This document shows positions 35,358-48,609 of a stretch of DNA of 48,751 nt, piece after piece. The DNA comes from Toensbergia leucococca (lineage: Eukaryota). The notes beneath the pieces are model-generated. The model saw only the letters and a list, made by a program, of their open reading frames with translations. It ran no database searches and was not told where the DNA came from. Position numbers and translations under genes: made by a program. Within the stretch, counting starts at the first letter, position 1, and the number at the start of each line of letters is the position of its first letter. The stretch is taken from positions 1-48,751 of the forward strand of contig JALDZS010000176.1 of the NCBI GenBank assembly GCA_022813965.1, written 5' to 3'.

Positions 35358-35961
35358 TGCACCTACCAAGATCACTTAATGGAGAGATGGCTTAGAAAAG
35401 AAAGAGTGCGTTATGTATTTGGAGTATGATCATCCAAATGCTATGGAAGCAGTGTTTGCTTCGCGTTTCTAAGTGTTGGTAACCGTTGAGGGCGTTTGCC
35501 ACGTCACGAGCGGGGTAAAATCTGTGTTACCGTCCCTCAACAGGCTTACGCACATTCCTACAACTAGGATGGGGACTGGGTGGCAATTCGTAGTAAAAGC
35601 AGACTACTGGCTATACAGAGATGTATTTACACGCAAAACGGAAGCTCTCAGATAGCTCGCAGGCAGCTTGGCAAGCTCGAAAGCTATTTAAATTTCTCGA
35701 TCCCGTGGTTTAGGAGGCCCACCCGAGACAATTGGATCTGAAACCGAAGAGTCAAGAGATATATGTCTTTCTGTGTCCTGGATTCTCTACTTCGAAATTT
35801 TGCCTCTTTCGTTTGGTACGTGCGGTCTTGTAGTGTGGCATAAGGTCTGAAACCCTAATGCACTCAGCCTTGACTTTACCTGGTCTCACATGAAATATCT
35901 CCTGTTTTCTCTTGGATAACATCTGGACTTTGTTTATTGCTATCGTGCTACATATCACCCC
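35358..35961. promoter_or_regulatory. Putative bidirectional promoter between Argonaute and Dicer
   Basis: ~604 bp between divergent start codons; contains CRE-like CCACGTCAC (~35498) and TATTTAAA (~35685). Function is inferred. Confidence 0.5.
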
Positions 35962-38900
35962 ATGAGTTCGCTTCCTTTCTCCCCAATCATGGATACAGAT
36001 GTCAGTCATGATAGCGAAAGAATACTGCGTCCGAGAGCATACCAAATTGAGATGCTGGAGGAGAGCTTGAGGAGGAATGTCATTGTTGCTGTAAGATCAT
36101 CGTCTGCAAAATCGTCGCACGGCTGATGTCACATACTCGTTAGATGGATACTGGCTCTGGCAAGACCAACATGTAAGTATCCGCCAATCCTCATGCATCA
36201 TCCTGTCACAGCTACAGCTAGAGATGCTGAATCATTCAAGAGCTATCCTACGAATTGCCGCAGAGCTGGAAAGATGTCCACCCCAAAAGGTGCTCTGCAT
36301 TCACCCTTTTCCAGTAGCTGCAAATTAACAACTTCCCCCAGCTTGTCTGGTTTCTCTGCCCAACGATTGCCCTTGCACAACAACAACACGACGTTCTTAC
36401 TATTCAGCTACCAGCATTTCAGAGCAGGCTGCTTTCAGGCAATGATGGAGTCGATCGATGGAGCGAGCAAGCTACCTGGGACGATGTCTTGCGAAACATG
36501 AACATTGTCGTTTGTACACATCAGGTGCTTCTTGATGCGCTGATCCACGGCTTTGTACAGATGACCAAGATAGCGCTTTTGATTTTCGACGAAGCACATC
36601 ACTGCGTGCGTAATCATGCCGCGAAGAGGATTATGCAGAATTTCTATCATCCAATAAGGCAGGAGAGACCTGATGAAGTCCCAGGCATTTTGGGACTAAC
36701 GGCTAGCCCGGTGATGAGAAAAAACCCAGACGGCCTCGAGTATGTTTTCAGAAGCCCAAATTTGAGAAGGGCTCATGGTTCTTAGAACGATCGAACAAAA
36801 TCTCAACGCCATCAGCAAGACGCCGAAGATACATCGCGATGAATTAATGAGATATGTACACAGGCCAGATATGGTTGTTTTGATTTATCCCGCAGGCGAA
36901 GCGGCGCGTCTATCTTCGCTTCGAGAATTGAACCTTCTGTACTCAACGCTCGACATCGAGCAAGATCCCTATGTGAACATGCTGCGGGCCGAAAACCATA
37001 AGAAATACCTTCAGGTCCTTTTGTCTCGCAAAACCTATTGCCAAGAGCAAATGAAACGGCTTCTCCGTGTGGCCATAGAAGTTAACAACGAACTTGGTAG
37101 TTGGACCTCAGACCTCTACATTTACTTGTGTATCCGCAAATTCCAAGCCCATAAGCAGTCCGCATTCGGTGTCCTTGAGGACATGAACGTAGCCGAAAAG
37201 TCTTACTTGGAAAAGCTTTTTGGCTGCCTCCAACTTCGCACAATAGACATGAGTAGGATGCTTTACGACCAAGATCTGTCTTCAAAAACTATCAAGCTGG
37301 TAGCTGTCTTAGCTAGGGAGATGTATCCTGGATCTGCAGGCATTGTATTTGTGCAAACCCGTGCCGCTGTAAAGCTATTATCTATCCTACTGATGATGCA
37401 TTCAAGTACCAAGGATATTCTCAGGATTGGAACCTTTGTTGGGACGTCAAATAACCAGGCCCGGAGTTCCTACATCAGTGATCTCATCAACACCAATGAT
37501 CAGAAAGAAACGCTCAATGATCTTCGTAACGGTACTATTAACTTGATCATTGCCACTAGCATTTGCGAGGAAGGCATAGACATAAGTACATGTAATCTTG
37601 TGGTATGTTTCGAAAAGCCACCCAATCTGAAGTCTTTCATACAGAGGAGGGGAAGAGCCCGCAGTACAAAATCCAAGTACATTATTATGCTCCCAGAGGG
37701 CGAGGAAAACGCTGCGGTCGAATGGCAGAGTTTGGAGGCAGTAATGATAGAGAAATACATGGACGATATGAGAGAGCTGGGTGAACTTCAAAAACTTGAG
37801 GATCAAGAAGAAGGTCACCGAGAATTTGTAGTTGGCTCTACTGGGTGAGTCCTCAACTGTCAGATCTGGTAGAGTCTGACTCACTTTGTTTAGTGCAAAG
37901 ATCACTCTGTATGATGCCTTACAACATTTGCATCACTTTTGCAAAACCTTGCCATCAGCACCCTACGTCGAACTAGCCCCAACATTTATATTTGAAAACC
38001 ATGTTGTTACTGACGAGATTTCATGCAGAGTCATTCTTCCTAACAACGTCCACTCATCGATACAAGAGTTCTGCAGTGTGGCAATGTGGAAGACGCAAAG
38101 GTTGGCTCGTATGGATGCCGCCTTTGAAGCTTATGTTGGACTTTACCATGCCGGTCTGGTCAACAACAACCTGCTACCGTCTCCCGAGTACGACGACGAG
38201 ATTGCCAGATGCTTTGCTGAGGTTGCGAAGAGACCTGCCAAAGCTGATATCAATGGAGAGTTCAATCCTTGGCCATCTGTAGCTGAACTGTGGGACTCAA
38301 CGTCGAAAGTATCCTCATCCATTATCAAAATTCGGTCAAGTGGCGAGACGATACAAATGAAGATGGTATCTCCGCGTCGCCTGCCACCAATATCTACTTT
38401 TACACTTTATCTAGATGCGAAAATCACTTTGCAAGTGGACATTGACGAAGAGACCGAAACAGTTTACGATCAGAAGAGTATCGCGATTGCGAACGAAATT
38501 ACAAGGTTGTTTTTCTCATCTGCATTCCCTAATAGAACGAAAGAGAATGGAAGTGGGTTCCCAATACTATTCTTGCCCCTGGACATCTTGGATGACCCGC
38601 AAACCTGGCTGGATAGTATGAAAGGTACCTATAGTCCCAATGATATACTCTCAGGTATGAGTGATCCAGCGGTGATAGGCTTGATCAAAGATGTATCTCA
38701 TGGGGGAAAAACGTTTGTTTTTCACGGGATCGAGCAGAACCTGCAAGATCCTAATGAAACAGAGACTCCCATCCACATGAAAACGCTGCTCAAGGTCAAG
38801 AGACTGTCTAAAAGAGTCGACTTTCTACATAAGGTTCCCCTGGATGCTGTACCGACAACCGACGAGTTCACTTACCTGGATCCAAATAGATGCATAATTA

Positions 38901-40567
38901 GCCGACTTTCAATGTCCTATTCCAAATTCGCAATGTACATCCCTTCAATCATGCACCGCATAGAAAAGGTTCTTTTAGTCGATCACGCGTGTCGCGGAGT
39001 CCTCGCACCAATCGAGCTCTCAAGCCGAAGAGATGTCCTGTGTGCGCTATGTTCTCCAGCAGCTAGGGAAGAGGCTGACTATCAACGACTAGAGTTCCTT
39101 GGTGACAGCATCCTGAAAACTCTAACATCTATTGCCTTGATGGCTGACCACCTTCTTTGGCATGAAGGATATCTCTCCCACGCAAAAGATCACATAGTCT
39201 CGAATGGGCGACTAGCATTAGCTGCCCAGGAGACTGGGCTTGACAAGTACATCCTAACCTCGCCATTCACCGGCAAAAAATGGCAGCCTTTATACAATAC
39301 TGACCTCCTCTCCGCTCAGCCCCCTCCCCAGCGTGAATTATCTACTAAAACTCTTGCCGATGTCGTCGAAGCGCTCATTGGTGCGGCCTTCCTCGACGGT
39401 GGATTCCCGAAAGCACTCTCCTGCCTGCGTATCTTCCTTCCAGAAATTGACTGGCTCCCTCTCACTCAGCGTAGCGAAACACTCCTCTCCGTTGTCCCTG
39501 CCTCAAATCCATCATCAAGCCATCCCCAAAACCTAAGAAACCTCGAATCCATCCTCAGCCACACCTTCGCTCACCCACTCCTCCTCGTTGAGGCCATCAC
39601 CCACCCATCGCATCTCTCAATTCCCCCCACTCCCTCCTATCAACGCCTTGAATATCTCGGTGATGCCCTCCTCGACTATCTTGTCACCCGCGCCATCTGG
39701 TCCCACACTACCTCCTCCGCCCTCACCGTTCCACGAATGCACCTCCTTCGCACCGCCGCCGTCAACGCCTCCTTCCTCGCGTTCTGTGCTCTTGCCCACA
39801 CGCTGACCCTCCCAATTGCTACCCTCACCCAATGCCTAACCCCGTGCCGAAAGCGAGATCGAGATCAAATCCACCCCGTCTCCTTGTCCAACTCCACTAC
39901 CGCCCTTTCCCTTCCACTCTTTCTTCGGCATGCCCCAATCCCCGCCCTCGCCTCCGCCCTGCGCGCCACCCGCACACGCTTCGATCTCCTCCATCCCACT
40001 ATTCGCACTGCTCTCGACGATAACCAAGATTACCCCTGGCGCGCGCTCGCGGCGTTTGCGCCGGAGAAGTTGGTTAGTGACATGGTAGAATCTGTGTTGG
40101 GCGCGGTGTATATCGACACGAACGGTGATTTGGCGGTTTGTGAACTGGTAGTGCGGGAGTTTGGGATATTGGGTTGGGTCGAGCAGGCGCTGAATGGTGG
40201 GGGGAATCTCTTGCATCCGAAGCAAGAGGTGGGTCTCATGGCCGGGCAGGAGAGGGTTAAGTATGCGGTTTGGATTGAGGAAGAGAAGGTTAAGAAGGGT
40301 AGCGATCGTGGTAGTGAAGTTGCTGATGATGCTGGTCCTTGTGGTAAGCCAGATGAAGAGGGAGAAGACAAAAGAGGGGAAGAGGACCTGGTGTTGGGGA
40401 AAGGGAGGTATCGATGCAGGATCTCCGTCGGGGAAAGAGAAGTTTGTATTGCTCAGGGGTGGAATCGCGTGGAGGTTGAGACGGCGGCGGCGGAGGAGGC
40501 TGTGCGAATACTTGGAGAGGAGAAGAAGGGAAGGGGCGAGGGTGAGATTGATGGGACTGAGGCCTGA
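35962..40567 (+). CDS. dcl2: Dicer-like protein 2; 6 exons
   Basis: PRAYQIEM, MDTGSGKT, IFDEAHH, LGLTASP, QRRGRAR, Dicer dimerisation domain (LQHLHHFC), RNase IIIa YQRLEFLGD…ADVVEALIGA, RNase IIIb YQRLEYLGD…SDMVESVLGA, C-terminal dsRBD. Introns near 36091, 36173, 36290, 36740 and 37845. Alternative start 35989. Confidence 0.96.
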
Positions 40568-40989
40568 TATTGGGAGGGATGAATGGATTGAAAAGGCTGG
40601 CTCCTGCAAACCTGTGGGGGTGCTAAAAGTACTATATAACGACTATTTCGGAATTGGATTATGGATGGACAGAGTATGTAATGTCATTGGTCTAGTCAAT
40701 GAATTTCGATCATCTCGTCTTGTCCGTGCATGCACTCATCATCTCAAGTGCACCATCAATTTTCTATCCTTCGTTTGGCTTGTTCTTATGGCTGCTTTCA
40801 TCTCCGCTCAGGGCTAACTCATCTATGCCCTCCATGAGCCCACATGATCAAGGTCACTACAGTCGCATCAAGTATTGCCCCTAAGTCAACTTCAAGGGGC
40901 ACAAGAATTTTCAGTGAATTTGGTGCAGGTGACATATCATCAAGTTGCGATGAATACACCGTAAGACTCAGGACTGAAAGGCTACGGTG

Positions 40990-41490
40990 AGAGTGAGACG
41001 TTTGAATATTTTGAGATTGAATTTGACATGTTACTCATACATTGAGAAAAAACATGAAATCAGTACCTCATTGTACTGAGTTTCTCAAGGACAGACTTTT
41101 TCTCTGAATAGTTTGAGGATGATGATACACTGACATCCCCTTTTAATACATACACTCTACTCAGGTGCAATACTGTCATGTTTCATCCTCTACACATCTA
41201 CCTTATCATTCATCAACCTTCTTATTCACCTTGAAATGATAAGACTGTTTCAGGCCTTTAGATTGTAGTCAATTCAGAGAGAGATGTAAGTGAAATTACA
41301 GTATGAAAGTATGATATTGACCTATGATTGCGCTCAGGGGTGAAGAAGTGATAAAATGAATAGAGTTGTGATGTTTTTCTGGGTGGAATTGCTTCTCAAT
41401 TGCACACAAATGATGAGGTAGATGACATGCAATGATGGTAGAGAACGAGAATAAAATCAAGTTAAAATGTGATGTTAAAACATGATGTTT
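40990..41490. repeat. AT-rich CpG-depleted relic downstream of Dicer
   Basis: No CG seen between ~41001 and ~41330, TG/CA-rich, no credible ORF. Confidence 0.5.
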
Positions 41491-41737
41491 CCCGTACCGG
41501 AGAAATGAAATTATAATACGCATAGGTTTTGCAAGCCACAGCCCTTAGATACGATATCAAGCGCGCGTCTATTTAATCCATTACAGGGATTAATTAAAAA
41601 CTTTTAAATCTCAAAGAAATCGTGCGATACTAGGAATTTAAGAACTCACTCATTTGAAGTTTTACTGAAATACATAAGTAGAGCCATTTCTCAGCGCCGC
41701 CCATAATTGTGGAGAATTATGACCTCGGACAATAACG

Positions 41738-43285
41738 ATGGCTTCCGGAGCAGTTCATTCAACTCTTACAGACAGCACGCCCAAGACGCAGGTTAAGCTG
41801 CAATTGACAACACGCCAACCTGACATATCATTGTCGGAAAACACCGGCCCTATTTTGGTAAGCACACGTAAGTACGTGGAAAGCGAGACCTGGGGCTTTG
41901 CTGATTTCTATACAGACTTGCGCCGCTATGCTCTCTCAACACTTGTCAATACCTTACTACACTCCGAAAAACCTATACCATTTGAATTCCTTATCAACGG
42001 CACTTTCCTCCGAACCTCGATTGATGATTACCTGACCTCGAACGGCATCTCATCCGAGACAACCCTGACCGTTGAGTATGTGCGTGCCATAATACCTCCT
42101 TTGTATCTTGCCTCCTTCGAACATGATGACTGGGTAAGCTCTGTCGATGTTCTGTCAAGCACTTCTCTGGCCGAACAATGGGCAGGTAGTAAAGGGCTAC
42201 GTGCTCCTGGACAAGAGCGAATTCTCTCTGGAAGCTACGATGGGTTTCTCCGGGTATGGAACATGTCATCTGATATTTTGGCAACATCGCCTCCTGCAGA
42301 TGGCGCGGGGCAAATGTCTTCGGTAAAGGCAGTGAAATTTGTTTCTCCCACTCAAGTAGTCTCCTCCACGATGGATCGAAGAATTAGGATCTGGAGATAC
42401 TCAGAGGAACCCGAAGGATTTTCGGCTTCTCTGACTCCCATGCTAGACTTATATGGCCACAGAGAAAGTATCGACTCAATAGCCGTCCATCACCCTTCAA
42501 GTCGTATTCTCTCTGCCTCAGCGGATCACTCCGTGGGCCTTTGGTCAACTAAGGAGTCCGATTCACCTGCTGCACCAGCGAAACTCCTCCCTTCCGCCAC
42601 CTCTCAAAAATCTAAGCGTCGGAAGCTTGCCCCTTCAACCTCTCTTGTTCAGCGCGGTCCTCTTACGCTGATGAAGTCGCACTCTGGCCCTGTCTCCGAC
42701 ACCATCTTCGATCCCAGTGATCCCACAGTTGCTTATTCTACCTCTTGGGACCACACTTTACGGACATGGGATCTTCACACCTCAGCCCTTGTTGACACAC
42801 GCACTACCCCCCACGCCTTATTCTCACTCACCATGCTGCCATCTCTTAATCTCATTGCTGCAGGATCATCAGCGCGTTACATCACCCTCATCGACCCCCG
42901 AGTCTCTGCTACTACAACTTCGGCAATGACGCTACGAGGACACATTAACGCTGTTGTCGCTTTGGCGCGCAGTCCTGAGAGCGCTTATGGGCTTCTGAGT
43001 GGGAGTCATGACGGAACTTGCCGAATCTGGGACGTGCGGTCTTCTCGGAGCGAGAAGGATGGGAGAGTTGGAGAAAGTATGTATACTATCCCTAGACAAA
43101 GCTTGAAGGAAGCAGGGAAAGAAGGAATGATGCCAGAGGGAGGGGAGGGGGTGAAAGTATTTGGTGTTGCATGGGATAAAGAGATTGGAATCGTGAGTGT
43201 AGGAGAAGACAAGAGGGTGCAAATCAACCGAGGGAAGGGGATGGTTCAACAAGGGCAAGGGGAAGGAGTGGTGAGTATGTCATAG
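41738..43285 (+). CDS. YTM1: Ribosome biogenesis protein Ytm1 (NLE + WD40); probable 48-nt in-frame intron 41868-41915
   Basis: LRRYALSTLVN…PFEFLINGTFLRTS…LTVEYVRA (NLE domain), HDDWVSSV, WD repeats, GEDKRVQIN. Confidence 0.95.
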   Translation: MASGAVHSTLTDSTPKTQVKLQLTTRQPDISLSENTGPILVSTRKYVESETWGFADFYTDLRRYALSTLVNTLLHSEKPIPFEFLINGTFLRTSIDDYLTSNGISSETTLTVEYVRAIIPPLYLASFEHDDWVSSVDVLSSTSLAEQWAGSKGLRAPGQERILSGSYDGFLRVWNMSSDILATSPPADGAGQMSSVKAVKFVSPTQVVSSTMDRRIRIWRYSEEPEGFSASLTPMLDLYGHRESIDSIAVHHPSSRILSASADHSVGLWSTKESDSPAAPAKLLPSATSQKSKRRKLAPSTSLVQRGPLTLMKSHSGPVSDTIFDPSDPTVAYSTSWDHTLRTWDLHTSALVDTRTTPHALFSLTMLPSLNLIAAGSSARYITLIDPRVSATTTSAMTLRGHINAVVALARSPESAYGLLSGSHDGTCRIWDVRSSRSEKDGRVGESMYTIPRQSLKEAGKEGMMPEGGEGVKVFGVAWDKEIGIVSVGEDKRVQINRGKGMVQQGQGEGVVSMS

Positions 43286-43478
43286 GTGGTAAGTACATAC
43301 CTCATGGGTGAGACCTTAGTCAGTAGACGAGTACTTTTAGGGTGTACCTTCATAGTCAGCTGATAGAACGGAACGTACCCCATTTGGTCACCGAGAAACT
43401 TGAGTAGAGATAGTTTACAATGGTCGTTTGCTAATAAAGTTCGGTGCTCTGATGAATTGTGATGTATATGACTATCTG

Positions 43479-44013
43479 CTACTTCAATCTGCCCATATTA
43501 AGCTTCGTAGCTGTAGCAGTCTAAGAGCCCACCCGTCAGCACGCCATCCAACCCATCCACTCTCATGAACACCACCAAAAAAAAAGGGAATCCTCTCACC
43601 TGCGTCCTAGTCTTCTGGCCCCTCACCGGCAACCCCTGCGCATGCCGCCTCCCCCTGTAACTCCCCATATCCTTCAGCCGCCGAATATTATCTGTCACCT
43701 GCCTCCGCAGATCGTTCTCAATGGTCAGGTGCGAGAGCTCGGCTGTCAGTTCCAAGATTTGTTTGGGGGCTAGGGAGCCCAGGCGGGCGGTTGGGTGGAT
43801 GTGGTTGTGGGCGAGGATGCGGGTGGAGAGGACGGAGCCGATGCCGTAGAAGGTTTCGAGGGTGCGCTGGGGGGAGGGGGGTTAGTGCTTTGGGAAGAGG
43901 AGCGAAAGGGAGGGTCACCTTTACAAAGCGCGATTCGGGGAAGGGGACGCCGTATATGAAGACCTAGGGATTGTTAGCAATTGATTCTGTCAGTCGCAGA
44001 CTTTACTTTCCAT
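43479..44013 (-). CDS. SWS2: Mitochondrial ribosomal protein uS13m; 4 exons
   Basis: M|VFIYGVPFPESRFVK|RTLETFYGIG…IENDLRRQVTDNIRRLKDMGSYRGRRHAQGLPVRGQKTRTQ|TATATKLN…*. The first intron 43964-44010 needs a GA donor. Confidence 0.9.
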
Positions 44014-44286
44014 TCTGGCGTTTTCAATGCCCTTATTCGATGAAGTGTGGTTGGTTGGAAAGGGTGCGCCTTAGAATACCGTCCATACGGATATCCGTAC
44101 TCAGAAATCTAGTGATGACGCGCTACCTATGACCCGCCGTAGCTAGCGCCAATTGGAAACACTCCTCGAATCGAGGCGACTTGTCAACTCGCCTGCAGAC
44201 TCTCCATTGCTTTCCCCATATGTGTCCCTTCAACCGTCACTTGAAAAGCGCCATTTGACAAGACTAGTTTTTTCTTTGGGCATTTG

Positions 44287-45096
44287 ATGTTGTTCACTAT
44301 GGCCAATCTTCAACGATTGACTATCTCTATACTGCTTATTTTGACTGCGACCTTTCTTTTCTTTGCCCAATCTTCTGAAGCGGCTAAGGGGCCTAAGATT
44401 ACCCACAAAGTTTGTGTATTCAGTCTTTGATTCTCTTGGAGAAATCTCTGACGTTGATATCTAGGTCTACTTCGATATCCAACATGGCGATGAAGCACTG
44501 GGGAGGGTTGTAATCGGCCTGTACGGCAAGACAGTGCCAAAAACCGCCGAAAACTTCCGTGCTCTGGCAACAGGCGAGAAGGGCTTTGGTTATGAAGGCT
44601 CTACTTTCCATCGGGTGATCAAGCAATTCATGATCCAAGGTGGCGACTTCACCAAAGGCAATGGTGAGAAAGAATCCAACTGAGTAAAGCTGGACTGCTA
44701 TGGAAGCTGATACTCCTCGATCAAGGGTCGGGGGGAAAGTCCATCTATGGCGAGAAGTTCCCAGATGAGAACTTCAAGCTGAAGCACAGTAAAGTCGGCA
44801 TACTCAGCATGGCAAATTCTGGAAAAGACACCAATGGATCACAATTTTTCATTACCACTGCTATCACATCGTATGTTCACCCATGTGCCTAATGCAGTTA
44901 TAGAAACTCTCTAATTTCACACAGCTGGCTTGACGGCAAGCATGTGGTGTTTGGCGAGGTCATAGAAGGCTACGACATTGTCGAGAAGGTTGAGAACGTA
45001 GAGAAGGGTGCGGGCGATAAGCCTATGCAGACAGTCAAGATCGCAAAGAGTGGGGAGCTGGATGTACCAGAAGAAGGTATCCACGCGGAACTCTAG
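44287..45096 (+). CDS. cypB: Cyclophilin B (ER peptidyl-prolyl isomerase), soluble isoform ending HAEL; 4 exons; not captured in the ORF track
   Basis: Signal peptide, [75 protein letters not shown]. Alternative start 44299. Confidence 0.95.
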
Positions 45097-45167
45097 ATCA
45101 GCTTTGTCTTGTTACACGCTCATGGTGATGCTTTGGAATTGCTGATGCTTCGATTTCGTGCTTCAAG

Positions 45168-45406
45168 ATCTCATCGGATCGGCCCTTCCGGCTATCGAAG
45201 GGGACGAGTTGGACGTGACAGTACCGACAGGTCCTAAGCAGCCAGAGCAAGGGGCAGTTGACGTGACACCATTGACACCATCGGCCGGAAGTGAGGGACT
45301 GAGCGTACTGCAAAAGTTGATTTTCTTTGGTTTCATCCTCGGTGCTGTAGCAGTTTTTATGAGAAGCCGCAAGGGCAGCACAGCGATAGAAAAGAGTCTA
45401 GCTTAA
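45168..45406 (+). CDS. cypB: Alternative terminal exon of cyclophilin B encoding a linker, TM helix and short cytosolic tail
   Basis: Intron 45077-45167 (G|GTATCC…GCTGAT…CAAG|AT) keeps the frame, giving …VPEEDLIGS…KLIFFGFILGAVAVFMRSRKGSTAIEKSLA*. Confidence 0.7.
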
Positions 45407-46064
45407 AGGGAAATATGGCCACAAATTCTACGACTTTCCATATATAGCCTCCCATCTATCATATGCCTTGATTCGATCTGATATGAGAAGTAAATTGGTT
45501 ATCAGTGGGTCGAGTTGTCCGTCCGAGGGTCTGTCCTGAATGAAAATAAATCGAAGGCGCTGGGCTGGGCCGTAGAAGGCCGCTTTCCGATTGGCTAGTT
45601 ACGCGACATCTGAGTAGACATACCAAAATTTGCCTCCAGGAAAAAGTACACACCGTCTTAAGCAGCCATTACTCCTGCATCTGCTCTAAGTCAACAACCC
45701 ACCCAGTCGTTGACACACTTCACTTATCATTTCACCCGTGAACCCCGTTAATTCTTTTGTTACCATACAGGCAACGGCCCGTATTAGTTCTTTGACGTGT
45801 TTTTAATCCCCAACTTCCACTCAATACTCCCAACTTCCACCGTATTTTTCTTTTCTGGCTTGTGATCCTGGATTTGACAAAATTCTCACCAGAAAGCCCG
45901 ACGTGCATCGTGAGTCACTAATTTCGTGGATTTGTTGTGTATACAACCATCACCTCCATCTCATCCTTCAATCGTTTTGGTCATCCCAACTAAGCATTTA
46001 TCCCAGATAACCTCACTACGAAATCTCCGATCCACTCCTACGTCAAAAGATTACACACACCAAT

Positions 46065-48292
<2,228 letters not shown>

Positions 48293-48609
48293 ACAATCCA
48301 CCACTCTCCCAATGGTGCTTCGATTACAATTCCAGGATCACAGGGTTTTTTTGAAACACAGCATCCTCGAAGCGCCTTCAGACTTTGTAACCTGCTTGCA
48401 AAGTACGCATTGGAATTCCCAGTTTCTTCGTCTTATCACTCTCACCACTTCCCAATTTCGTTTCTCTTCGACAATCGATACACGAGCTTTCTTTCTAGTA
48501 CTTGCATTCAATGCCGGATCCGTTGCCATTCTCCCTAATTCGAATACAGTCGACGGTCATAAGGCGAAAACGCCATGATTTCGATCAGCATACCATAGAT
48601 AGCGTTGGC

